From Elusimicrobiota bacterium (GTDB lineage Bacteria > Elusimicrobiota > Elusimicrobia > UBA1565), in contig JBDRPD010000010.1 in assembly GCA_043827405.1 (NCBI GenBank), positions 1 through 16,281 of the forward strand: 16,281 nt of DNA, in the 5' to 3' direction. Positions 7,103-14,439 of the stretch are shown here, piece by piece; the stretch's first letter is position 1; each line of letters begins with the position of its first letter. The notes below the pieces were generated by a model that saw only the letters and a list, made by a program, of their open reading frames with translations, did no database searches and had not been told where the DNA came from. The position numbers and the translations under genes were made by a program.

Positions 7103-8046
7103 CCACGCAGGATATCCTCGCCGTCGTCGGACCCACAGCAAGCGGTAAAACCGACCTCGCGCTCGCGCTCGCGCGAAAACTCAACGGCGAGATTGTCTCG
7201 GCCGATATGGGGCAGATGTACCGCTGCCTGGATGCCGGAACGGCGAAACCAGAGGGCCGGTGGACAGACGGGGTATACCGCGTCCAAGGAATCCCCTACC
7301 ATTTGGTGGATAACCTGGACCCCGGCGAGCCGTCCGACGCCGGGAGCTTCGCCCGCGCCGCACAGACGCTGATTGAGGAGATCTTGCGCCGCCGCCGCCG
7401 CCCGATCATCGCCGGGGGATCCGGCCTATACATCCGCGCGCTGTTCGAGGGGCTCGACGACCTTCCACCAGGCGACCGCGAACTGCGTGCACGGCTGCAG
7501 CAGCGCGCGCTCCGCGAAGGCAACGAAACGCTGCATGCCGAGCTCAGCTTGCGCGACCCACGGGCCGCCCGCAGAATACCGGCGGGCAATACCCAGCGGC
7601 TCATCCGGGCGCTGGAAGTCCTGCAGCTCACCGGCAAACCGATATCCGATTTCTGGTCGCGCAAGTGCGGCGGCCGGTCGCACTCGACCAAGCTCCCGGT
7701 CCGCTACCTCGGCCCCGAATGGAGCGCCGCGGCGCTCAATGAGCGCATCCTCCAACGCGCCGAAATAATGTTTCCCAACATGATCCGCGAGGCCGCCGCG
7801 CTCGTTCCAGCGCGCTACTCAGGCACCGAACCGGGTTTTCGCTGCCTGGGCTACCCCGAGGCTCTCGCCTGCGCGCGAGGGGAGCTCAGCGCGCAGGAAG
7901 GGCTGGCGCGCATGGCCTCCGCCACGCGAGCCTATGCGAAGCGTCAGCGGACCTGGTTTCGCAATCAAACGTCGGTGCTCTGGCGGTCCGGCGGGAATGA
8001 CCATGACGCGCTTGCCGAAACGTTTTTGCGGGAGCTGGGATTATAA
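7084..8046 (+). CDS. miaA: tRNA dimethylallyltransferase
   Basis: 'VVGPTASGKT', 'IVSAD..QMYR.LDAGTAKP', 'GGSGLY', 'RLIRALEV', 'TRAYAKRQRTWFR'. The TTG start overlaps the PilZ gene, so the exact start is uncertain. Confidence 0.95.
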   Translation: MASASVTTQDILAVVGPTASGKTDLALALARKLNGEIVSADMGQMYRCLDAGTAKPEGRWTDGVYRVQGIPYHLVDNLDPGEPSDAGSFARAAQTLIEEILRRRRRPIIAGGSGLYIRALFEGLDDLPPGDRELRARLQQRALREGNETLHAELSLRDPRAARRIPAGNTQRLIRALEVLQLTGKPISDFWSRKCGGRSHSTKLPVRYLGPEWSAAALNERILQRAEIMFPNMIREAAALVPARYSGTEPGFRCLGYPEALACARGELSAQEGLARMASATRAYAKRQRTWFRNQTSVLWRSGGNDHDALAETFLRELGL

Positions 8047-9344
8047 TGGAACGCGTCATCCTCGTCGGAATTGAGAAAAAATGGCCCGTCGACGGAACGC
8101 GCGGCGCGCAAGACGACGGCGAGGGAATCGAGGAGCTGCGCCGCCTGACCGAAACCGCCGGCGGCCGCGTGACGGACACGCTGGCGCAGCGTCTGACGCG
8201 CTATAATCCGCGCTCGCTCATCGGCTCGGGGAAGATTGATGAAGTACGCCGCGCGGCACGGGCCAACGACGCGGGGACCATCATCTTTGACGAGAATCTC
8301 ACGCCCGCGCAACAGCTTCATCTTGAACGCGAACTGGAAGCGAAAGTTGTGGACCGCACGCGGCTAATACTGGATATCTTCGCCCAGCGCGCAAGGACCA
8401 AGGAAGGCGAACTTCAGGTCGAGCTGGCGCAGCTGTCCTACATGCTTCCCCGGCTGACCGGCAGCTGGCGCGCGTTCTCGCAGCAGGCGGGGGGAATCGG
8501 CACCCGCGGACCCGGCGAGCGCAAGCTCGAGTATGAACGACGTCACATTCAACGCCGGATCGCGCACCTCAAGGACGAGATCAAACGCATGGCGCGCGAC
8601 CGCGCGACCCAGCGCAACCGGCGCACGAGCATACCGGTACCGAGCGTGGCCATCATCGGCTATACCAACGCCGGCAAATCAAGCCTGCTCAACCGGCTCA
8701 CCGGCAGCAGCAAAGCCGGCGGCGGCCCCGCCAGCGTCTATGCCGACGATAAGCTTTTCGCCACACTGGATCCGACGACCAGGCGCATCCGCTTGCCGGC
8801 GGGCGGCTGGGCGGTATTCACGGATACGGTCGGCTTTATCTCCAAGCTCCCGCCGCAGCTTATCGCGGCATTCCGCTCGACATTGGAGGAAGTCTCGCGC
8901 GCCGACTGCATCCTGCACCTGGAGGACGGCGCCAGCACAAGCATTGAACGACAGCGCAAGGTCGTCGACGAAGTCCTGGAGACGCTCGACGCTCGTAATA
9001 TTCCGCGAGTCGTCGCCGTCAACAAGAAGGACCTGCTGAATCCGGACCAGCATCTCCGCCTGCGAGCGAGGAACGCCGAGCGCCTGTTTGTATCCGCGCT
9101 CACGGGTGACTCGATCGAGGAAATGCTCAGCCGTGTCCAGGATATGCTTAATAAGCGCTGGATCCTGCGCGAGCTCACTATCGCCCCGAAAAACGCCGGC
9201 CGTCTGGCGGACATCTACCGTTCGGCACAGGTAATCGGGCAGACAACGCGCGGCGACCGCATTCTTCTGCGCATGCGGGTGACCCCGGAAAACTGGAGCA
9301 GGCTGGTAGCCAAGTTTAAGGGGAATTCAGTCGAAAAAGATTGA
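8046..9344 (+). CDS. hflX: Ribosome-splitting GTPase HflX
   Basis: 'DRTRLILDIFAQRA', 'GIGTRGPGE', G1 'GYTNAGKS', G2 'FATLDPT', G3 'DTVG', G4 'NKKD'; TAATG coupling to miaA. Confidence 0.97.
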   Translation: MERVILVGIEKKWPVDGTRGAQDDGEGIEELRRLTETAGGRVTDTLAQRLTRYNPRSLIGSGKIDEVRRAARANDAGTIIFDENLTPAQQLHLERELEAKVVDRTRLILDIFAQRARTKEGELQVELAQLSYMLPRLTGSWRAFSQQAGGIGTRGPGERKLEYERRHIQRRIAHLKDEIKRMARDRATQRNRRTSIPVPSVAIIGYTNAGKSSLLNRLTGSSKAGGGPASVYADDKLFATLDPTTRRIRLPAGGWAVFTDTVGFISKLPPQLIAAFRSTLEEVSRADCILHLEDGASTSIERQRKVVDEVLETLDARNIPRVVAVNKKDLLNPDQHLRLRARNAERLFVSALTGDSIEEMLSRVQDMLNKRWILRELTIAPKNAGRLADIYRSAQVIGQTTRGDRILLRMRVTPENWSRLVAKFKGNSVEKD

Positions 9345-9347
9345 AGT

Positions 9348-9968
9348 ATGCCGGACATTTTTCTCGTCATTTTCAGCTACCTGCTGGGCTCCCTCCCCAG
9401 CGGCTATCTCGTCGCCCTCGCGGCAGGCGGCCTCGATATTCGTGAGCGAGGTTCGGGAAATCCCGGCGCGGCAAACGTCTTTCACGTCCTCGGCGCCGGA
9501 CCCGGCCTAACGACCCTGATCGCGGACATTCTGAAGGGGTATCTTCCGGTATACCTGGCGCAGCACTGCGCCGGTAGCGATGCGCGCCTGGTCCTGCTCT
9601 GCGGAGCCGCGGCAATATGTGGACATACCTGGATGCTCTTTCTGCGTTTCAACGGCGGCAAAGCCGTCGCCACGACCGCCGGAGTCTTCCTCGCCCTGTC
9701 GCCAACGGCGATGCTGCCGACAATCACAATTTTTGCTGTCACTGTATGGATTTCCGGACATATATCCATCGGTTCAATCAGCAGCTCGGCGCTGTTTCCG
9801 CTCATTACCATTGTAATGCGGACACCGCCGCATACGACGGGACTTGCATTTTTGTCATGTATTCTCATACTGATCCGGCATATTTCCAACGTCGAGCACT
9901 TGCGAAAATACTGCGAAGAAGACTATGATACGGGCTCAGAACTTGAAAAAATAAGGGAAATACAATAG
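9348..9968 (+). CDS. plsY: Glycerol-3-phosphate acyltransferase (acyl-phosphate dependent), divergent
   Basis: 'YLLGSLP', 'GSGNPGAAN', 'DILKG', 'GHTW..FLRFNGGKAVAT', 'RHISN'; multiple TM helices. Confidence 0.88.
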   Translation: MPDIFLVIFSYLLGSLPSGYLVALAAGGLDIRERGSGNPGAANVFHVLGAGPGLTTLIADILKGYLPVYLAQHCAGSDARLVLLCGAAAICGHTWMLFLRFNGGKAVATTAGVFLALSPTAMLPTITIFAVTVWISGHISIGSISSSALFPLITIVMRTPPHTTGLAFLSCILILIRHISNVEHLRKYCEEDYDTGSELEKIREIQ

Positions 9969-9971
9969 AAT
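9943..9971 (+). promoter_or_regulatory. sigma70 promoter TTGAAA-N17-TAGAAT overlapping the plsY 3' end
   Basis: -35 at 9943-9948 and -10 at 9966-9971, exact 17-bp spacer; the plsY TAG stop is the first half of the -10 box. Confidence 0.65.
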
Positions 9972-10013
9972 TTAGACTCCAGGACAGGCCGCCTCGCGGC
10001 ACACAAGATCAAG

Positions 10014-10622
10014 ATGGCAAAAGAAAAGGACCCGAAAGCGGAAAAAGAAGATAAGAACCCGGAAAAGGAATTCGAGGTTCGCATCTATTCTCTCGCCACC
10101 ACGGCCAACGAGTGCATCGTATTCCTCGAGGAGGTGGGCGGAAACCGCCTGTTGCCGATCTGGATCGGGCTGACCGAGGGACAAGCGATAGCGATCCGCT
10201 TCTCGGGTATCGTTTTGCCGCGTCCGCTGACCCATGATCTGCTCCTGTCGTCGATCAAGCTGCTTGACTGGACCGTGACCAAGATCGTCGTCACCGACAT
10301 CAAAGAAAACACCTTTTACGCGAATATTCACTTAAAGAAAGGAGATGAGGAGCGCGTCCTCGACGCGCGCCCGTCGGATGCCATTGCCGCGGCCGTCCGC
10401 GCGGGCTGCCTGATGTATGTGACTCAGCGAGTCTTTTCGCGCTGCCAAGTTCTCAACAAGCCGATCAGCGAGGACGAGGTCACCAGCTTTAAGGATCAGC
10501 TGTCGACGCTGCGGCCCGAAGACATCTACAAAGATTTGAAGCTGCCAGGAAAAAAAGGCAAGGATTCGCGCTCCAAAAAGGAGAACGAACCGGATGCCAA
10601 AAGAGAGGATGAGGATGAATAG
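10014..10622 (+). CDS. Bifunctional nuclease family protein (DUF151/BFN)
   Basis: 'LPIWIGLTEGQAIA', 'PRPLTHDL', 'TFYANIHL', 'DARPSDAIA'; charged N- and C-terminal tails. Confidence 0.92.
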   Translation: MAKEKDPKAEKEDKNPEKEFEVRIYSLATTANECIVFLEEVGGNRLLPIWIGLTEGQAIAIRFSGIVLPRPLTHDLLLSSIKLLDWTVTKIVVTDIKENTFYANIHLKKGDEERVLDARPSDAIAAAVRAGCLMYVTQRVFSRCQVLNKPISEDEVTSFKDQLSTLRPEDIYKDLKLPGKKGKDSRSKKENEPDAKREDEDE

Positions 10623-10875
10623 ACTCGACATCATCAAGGCAGTCGCCAAGGTTTTGACGACCAAGGGCGAAGCCTCGAAAGCTGTTGAGACAACTTTCGA
10701 GACGATCCGAATTGCGTTGAGAAACGACGAGAAGGTCGTGATCTCCAACTTCGGGACGTTCCGCGTAAAGGCGCGGCAGGCTCGGACCGGGCGCAACCCA
10801 AAGACCGGCACGACGGTATCGGTTCCGCCGCGCAAGGGCGTGCGCTTCAAGGCTTCGAAGAACCTGCTCTCCTGA
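10615..10875 (+). CDS. HU/IHF family DNA-binding protein (IHF-alpha-like by context)
   Basis: 'MNRLDII', 'ISNFGTF', 'RTGRNPKTG', 'VRFKASKNL'. The start at 10615 gives the canonical length; followed by MerR-like gene and tRNA-Pro(GGG), as ihfA is in many bacteria. Confidence 0.93.
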   Translation: MNRLDIIKAVAKVLTTKGEASKAVETTFETIRIALRNDEKVVISNFGTFRVKARQARTGRNPKTGTTVSVPPRKGVRFKASKNLLS

Positions 10876-10888
10876 CCGCGGTAAGTTA

Positions 10889-11257
10889 GTGCAGCGGCTC
10901 CTCCTGCCCGATAAGGAGTATTTCAATATCGGCGAGGCGTGCAGGATTCTTCAAGTCCCGCCGTATACGCTCCGTTATTGGGAAGCGAAGTTCCAAGTAT
11001 TGCGCCCGACCCGCAGACAAAGCGGACATCGGCGCTTTACACGCCGCAACATGGAGACCGCGTTTCTTATCAAGGATTTTCTCTACAATAAAAAGATGAC
11101 GGTGGCCGGAGCGCGCAAAGCGCTCGCTGACCGGCAGCGCGGAGGCCGCGTCACCCGGCAGGAAACGCCGGGAACCGGCATGCCGCCCGGCGCGGTCAAG
11201 CTTCTCCGGCAGATACGTGAAGATTTAAAAAGACTTGCCGCCGAACTCAGCGGTTGA
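10889..11257 (+). CDS. MerR-family HTH transcriptional regulator (ihfA-associated type)
   Basis: 'PDKEYFNIGEA...VPPYTLRYWE..F..LRPTRRQSGHRRF'; 'MTVAGARKAL'. Confidence 0.9.
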   Translation: MQRLLLPDKEYFNIGEACRILQVPPYTLRYWEAKFQVLRPTRRQSGHRRFTRRNMETAFLIKDFLYNKKMTVAGARKALADRQRGGRVTRQETPGTGMPPGAVKLLRQIREDLKRLAAELSG

Positions 11258-11268
11258 TTTTAATTAGA

Positions 11269-11274
11269 TATAAT
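11269..11274 (+). promoter_or_regulatory. -10 box TATAAT upstream of the tRNA-Pro pair
   Basis: Perfect TATAAT in an AT-rich patch 16 bp before the tRNA; no well-spaced -35. Confidence 0.5.
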
Positions 11275-11290
11275 ACGGCGAGAGCCTAAT

Positions 11291-11362
11291 CGGGGACTGG
11301 CTCAGTGGCAGAGCGCTCGCTTGGGGTGCGAGAGGTCGGGGGTTCGATTCCCCCGTCCCCGA
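11291..11362 (+). tRNA. tRNA-Pro (anticodon GGG), CCA not encoded
   Basis: Acceptor CGGGGAC/GTCCCCG; D arm GCTC/GAGC; anticodon arm CTCGC-TTGGGGT-GCGAG; T arm GGGGG-TTCGATT-CCCCC; discriminator A. Confidence 0.96.
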
Positions 11363-11392
11363 TCCGGCTCTTAGACGCAGCCGATGTCGCAA

Positions 11393-11468
11393 CGGGGTGT
11401 AGCTCAATTGGCAGAGCGCTTGCTTCGGGAGCAAGAGGTTCGCGGTTCAAGTCCGCGCACCCCGACCA
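11393..11468 (+). tRNA. tRNA-Pro (anticodon CGG), CCA encoded
   Basis: Acceptor CGGGGTG/CACCCCG; anticodon arm CTTGC-TTCGGGA-GCAAG; T arm CGCGG-TTCAAGT-CCGCG; ends ACCA. Confidence 0.97.
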
Positions 11469-11555
11469 CTTTCCGGCCGGCGATCGACCCCTTGACAGCG
11501 CAAACAGTATATTTCTTCCGCTATTGACAATATTGTAGTATGCAATAGGTCCCCC

Positions 11556-11831
11556 TTGACAGAGCGAAGACACCTGCTGATCAAAGGGCGCGTTCAAGGC
11601 GTCGGCTTCCGTTGGTTTACCCGGGAAACAGCCGCGCGCCTTAGCCTTGGCGGCTGGGTCCGCAACCGTCCCGAGGGGAGCGTCGAGGCTGAGGTCGAGG
11701 GGGAACCGGATGTTGTCCGGAGATTCATTCAGGAACTGAAGACCGGGCTGCCGTTCGCATACGTCGACAGCATCGAGGAGTACGCCGTACCGAGCACCGG
11801 CGGGAAAGAGAGTTTCGATATCCGGCACTAG
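11556..11831 (+). CDS. acyP: Acylphosphatase
   Basis: 'GRVQGVGFR' and 'GWVRNRPEGSVE' signatures; ~91 aa; TTG start. Confidence 0.93.
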   Translation: MTERRHLLIKGRVQGVGFRWFTRETAARLSLGGWVRNRPEGSVEAEVEGEPDVVRRFIQELKTGLPFAYVDSIEEYAVPSTGGKESFDIRH

Positions 11832-11839
11832 AGGGGCCC

Positions 11840-12868
11840 ATGCAACCTACGACAGACTCGACAAGCCAATATTTCAAAGGCATCCAAAAACTTGCGAACA
11901 TCGACCGCGAGGAGCAGCACAAGCTCTGGAAAAAAGCCAAGCGCGGCGACAAGAAGGCCAAGACGCGGATTATGGAGTGCAACCTGCGGCTTGTCGTTCC
12001 CATCGCCAAAAAATACCACCGTCAGGGCACGGAGTTTCTCGATCTCATTGAGGAAGGCAATCTGGGCCTCATGCATGCGATCGACAAGTTCGACCCGGAA
12101 AAAGGTTATCGCTTTTCGACTTACGCCTCTTACTGGATAGAGCAATCCATCCGGCGCGCCGTGGAAGAGCAGTCCAAAACCATCCGCATCCCTCCGCATG
12201 CCTGGGAAGCGCTGCGCAAATGGCTCAAGGAGTGGGAGAAGATGCACGCCATGCTCGGCCGCGACCCGACACTCGCGGAAATGGCGAAACGCATGCACTG
12301 GACGGCTCGCCAGGTCCGCGGGGTATTGGATGCCGCCGAAGCGGCCAAAGGCATCGGCTCGCTCGAGAACCCCATCGACAGCGGCGACGACAACATTACA
12401 ATGGAGGACATGATCTCCGAATCGCAGGCCCAGTCGCCCGAAAACCTCATATCGGTCCTAAAACTGCATGAGGAGCTGCATCAGGGCCTGCAGGAAATCG
12501 GCGACCGGGAACGCGTCATTCTTGAACTGCGCCACGGACTGACCGGCCAATCGCCGATGACCCTCGAAGAGGTCGGCAAGCGCCTCCGGCTGTCGCGGGA
12601 ACGCATCCGTCAGATTGAGGAACGTGCGCTCCTGCGTCTGCGGCGCGTAGCCAACCGCATGGGACTTATCGAGCTCAACGAGCCGCGGCCGCTGGGCAGC
12701 CCCAACCTGCAGCCCGGCTGGAACATGCCCAAACCCAGAACCGATATCCTCGGCAACATCATCCCCGAAGGACGCCGCACGGCCGACCGGGTCACGCCCC
12801 AGCGCAAACCCAAACGCCGCAGCGCAAAGCAAGTCAAGACTACCGCCAAGGGCAAGCGCAAGAAATAA
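11840..12868 (+). CDS. RNA polymerase sigma70 factor, RpoD/RpoS-like without region 1.1, with basic C-terminal tail
   Basis: Region 2 'NLRLVV.IAKKY', 'DLIEEGNLGL', 'FDPEKGYRFSTYASYWI'; region 3 'TIRIP'; region 4 'TLEEVG...SRERIRQIE'; RBS GAGGGG. Confidence 0.93.
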   Translation: MQPTTDSTSQYFKGIQKLANIDREEQHKLWKKAKRGDKKAKTRIMECNLRLVVPIAKKYHRQGTEFLDLIEEGNLGLMHAIDKFDPEKGYRFSTYASYWIEQSIRRAVEEQSKTIRIPPHAWEALRKWLKEWEKMHAMLGRDPTLAEMAKRMHWTARQVRGVLDAAEAAKGIGSLENPIDSGDDNITMEDMISESQAQSPENLISVLKLHEELHQGLQEIGDRERVILELRHGLTGQSPMTLEEVGKRLRLSRERIRQIEERALLRLRRVANRMGLIELNEPRPLGSPNLQPGWNMPKPRTDILGNIIPEGRRTADRVTPQRKPKRRSAKQVKTTAKGKRKK

Positions 12869-12879
12869 CGGAGATCTCC

Positions 12880-13407
12880 ATGACCGCATCCACAGTCGAT
12901 CTTAAGGAACATATCCGCGATATCCCGGATTTTCCAAAAAAGGGAATCATATTCAAGGACATCACGCCTCTGCTGGGAAGTCCGCAGGCGTTCGCCGCCG
13001 TCGTGGACCGCATCGCCGCACACTACGCGGCTGCCGGCATCAAGAAGGTCGCCGGCATCGAGGCCCGAGGGTTCCTGTTCGCCGGAGCCGTGGCCAAGCA
13101 GCTCGGCGCGGGAGTCATCCCGATTCGAAAGAAGGGGAAACTTCCCTACAGGACCCTGGCCGCCGAATACGCGCTGGAGTACGGCACGGACTCGGTGGAG
13201 ATCCACGAGGATGCCGCCACGGCGGGCGAACCGGTGCTGCTGATCGACGACGTGATCGCTACCGGGGGGACGGCTGCCGCTTCCTGCGAACTGCTGGAGA
13301 AAACGGGAGCCAAGATTGCCGGGGTCTGCTTCATCATCGAGCTCGGCTTCCTGAAGGGACGCGAGAAACTTGCGGGACGAGAAATCTTCTCGCTGCTGGA
13401 ATACTAA
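12880..13407 (+). CDS. apt: Adenine phosphoribosyltransferase
   Basis: 'IRDIPDFPKKGIIFKDITPLL', 'GIEARGF', 'RKKGKLP', 'YALEYG', PRPP loop 'LIDDVIATGGT'. Confidence 0.97.
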   Translation: MTASTVDLKEHIRDIPDFPKKGIIFKDITPLLGSPQAFAAVVDRIAAHYAAAGIKKVAGIEARGFLFAGAVAKQLGAGVIPIRKKGKLPYRTLAAEYALEYGTDSVEIHEDAATAGEPVLLIDDVIATGGTAAASCELLEKTGAKIAGVCFIIELGFLKGREKLAGREIFSLLEY

Positions 13408-13419
13408 GCAGGAGCATAC

Positions 13420-13491
13420 GCCCCCGTAGCTCAACGGATAGAGCAAGCGCTTCCTAAGCGCAAGATGGGGGTTCGATTCCCTCCGGGGGCA
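13420..13491 (+). tRNA. tRNA-Arg (anticodon CCT), CCA not encoded
   Basis: Acceptor GCCCCCG/CGGGGGC; D arm GCTC-AACGGATA-GAGC; anticodon arm GCGC-TTCCTAA-GCGC (A-A mismatch at the top pair); T arm GGGGG-TTCGATT-CCCTC. Confidence 0.93.
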
Positions 13492-13502
13492 GGAGAAACT
13501 AT

Positions 13503-14156
13503 ATGGCGAAGGCGTGGGCACGCAAAGAGGCCAAAAAGAACGAGTTCGCCGCCCTGGTCGAGAAGGGCGTGCTCTGGGTAAAATACCATCCGACGACATC
13601 GATGTGGGGGGGGATCGGGGTCATCGCCGTCGCCCTCGTAGCCGCCTCGTTTTACAACCGCATGGTCACCCAGAGAGAAGAGAGCTGGAGCCGCTATGCC
13701 GTCGCGCAAAGCTATGCCTACTCCCGCCAACCCGATGCGGCCCTGGAGCAGATCCGGCTCCTGACGGAGGAGTTTCCGACCAGCGCGGCATCGAGCTACG
13801 CACTGCTCCTGGCGGGCGACATCCTCTACGAACGCGGCAGCTACAAAGAAGCCGCGGCGTCCTACGACAAAATTGTCGTGCAGCCCAACCACGCCGAGGC
13901 CGTCCCGATCGCCCTAACCAATCTCAGCCTCTCTCAGGAAGCGGCCGGCAACTGCAAGAGCGCCAGCGATTCCGCCCAGCGCTTGCTGGACTCGTATGGC
14001 GAGCACTTCCTGGCGCCGCAAGCACATGCCTCACTGGCACGCTGCCTGGTAATCGCTGGGGAGCGGGAGAAAGCCCGCGCTACATTCGAGAAGATGGCGG
14101 TGCTCTATCCCAACACCTACTGGGCGCAGTGGGCGCAGGCGAGACTGCAGGGCTGA
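13503..14156 (+). CDS. Membrane-anchored tetratricopeptide repeat protein (YfgM-like)
   Basis: Short basic N-terminus 'RKEAKKNEF', single TM helix, then TPR helices ('ALLLAGDILYERGSYKEAAASY', 'ARATFEKMAVLYPNTYWA'); RBS AGGAG. Confidence 0.8.
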   Translation: MAKAWARKEAKKNEFAALVEKGVLWVKYHPTTSMWGGIGVIAVALVAASFYNRMVTQREESWSRYAVAQSYAYSRQPDAALEQIRLLTEEFPTSAASSYALLLAGDILYERGSYKEAAASYDKIVVQPNHAEAVPIALTNLSLSQEAAGNCKSASDSAQRLLDSYGEHFLAPQAHASLARCLVIAGEREKARATFEKMAVLYPNTYWAQWAQARLQG

Positions 14157-14189
14157 CGCTGTACTTATAGCGGGCATAAAGCCTCACTA

Positions 14190-14218
14190 TTGACAGAAAT
14201 CCTTATTTCCCTTATACT
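14190..14218 (+). promoter_or_regulatory. sigma70 promoter P1 TTGACA-N17-TATACT
   Basis: Perfect -35 (14190-14195), 17-bp spacer, 5/6 -10 (14213-14218). Confidence 0.8.
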
Positions 14219-14224
14219 TGCTGA

Positions 14225-14310
14225 GCGTCCTGAAGTATTCGCATTACACCGGGCCCCAACACCGGACGCAGCGGAACGCCGAGCGCCTCGAAAGAGGGCC
14301 CGGTTTTTTT
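14225..14310 (+). ncRNA. Candidate small RNA or attenuator leader of unknown family
   Basis: Bounded by promoter P1 and an intrinsic terminator; no start codon with an RBS; internal complementarities GCGTCC/GGACGC and ACCGGGCCC/GGGCCCGGT. Confidence 0.5.
14278..14310 (+). terminator. Rho-independent terminator
   Basis: GCCGAGCGCCTC-GAAA-GAGGGCCCGGT hairpin (one mismatch, one bulge) running into a T7 tract. Confidence 0.65.
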
Positions 14311-14410
14311 ATGCCCACCTCGACGAGCCGCTCGGCTCACAAGAGAAACAAATAACACGCAACAGCAAAAGAGCACCTTTACCCAGTGCCCGAAAAGAGT
14401 AGACGTACTA

Positions 14411-14439
14411 TTGACAAATTGTATTTGTTTCGGTAGAAT
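14411..14439 (+). promoter_or_regulatory. sigma70 promoter P2 TTGACA-N17-TAGAAT
   Basis: Perfect -35 (14411-14416), 17-bp spacer, 5/6 -10 (14434-14439); about 110 nt upstream of the porin ATG. Confidence 0.8.

Noticed and set aside
10594..10614. Longer start for the HU/IHF gene given by the ORF track
   Set aside because: HU/IHF proteins begin M-N/T-K/R; the ATG at 10615 gives the canonical N-terminus.
11286..11828. ORFs 11286..11828 (-) and 11305..11538 (+)
   Set aside because: They overlap two well-formed tRNA genes, and the minus-strand ORF also overlaps acyP.
11291..13491. tRNA genes as integration sites for an island or prophage
   Set aside because: No integrase, no duplicated tRNA 3' end seen, and the flanking genes are housekeeping.
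12610..13599. 329-aa minus-strand ORF
   Set aside because: Spans the antisense of sigma, apt and tRNA-Arg; translates the tRNA complement, a typical artefact.
14230..14293. Hammerhead ribozyme (CTGAAG...GAAA)
   Set aside because: Core reads CUGAAGU rather than CUGANGA, and the GAAA is a hairpin tetraloop, not a junction strand.
14190..14402. 70-aa ORF in the intergenic region
   Set aside because: Its TTG start is the -35 box of P1, upstream of the predicted TSS; no RBS; it crosses a terminator.
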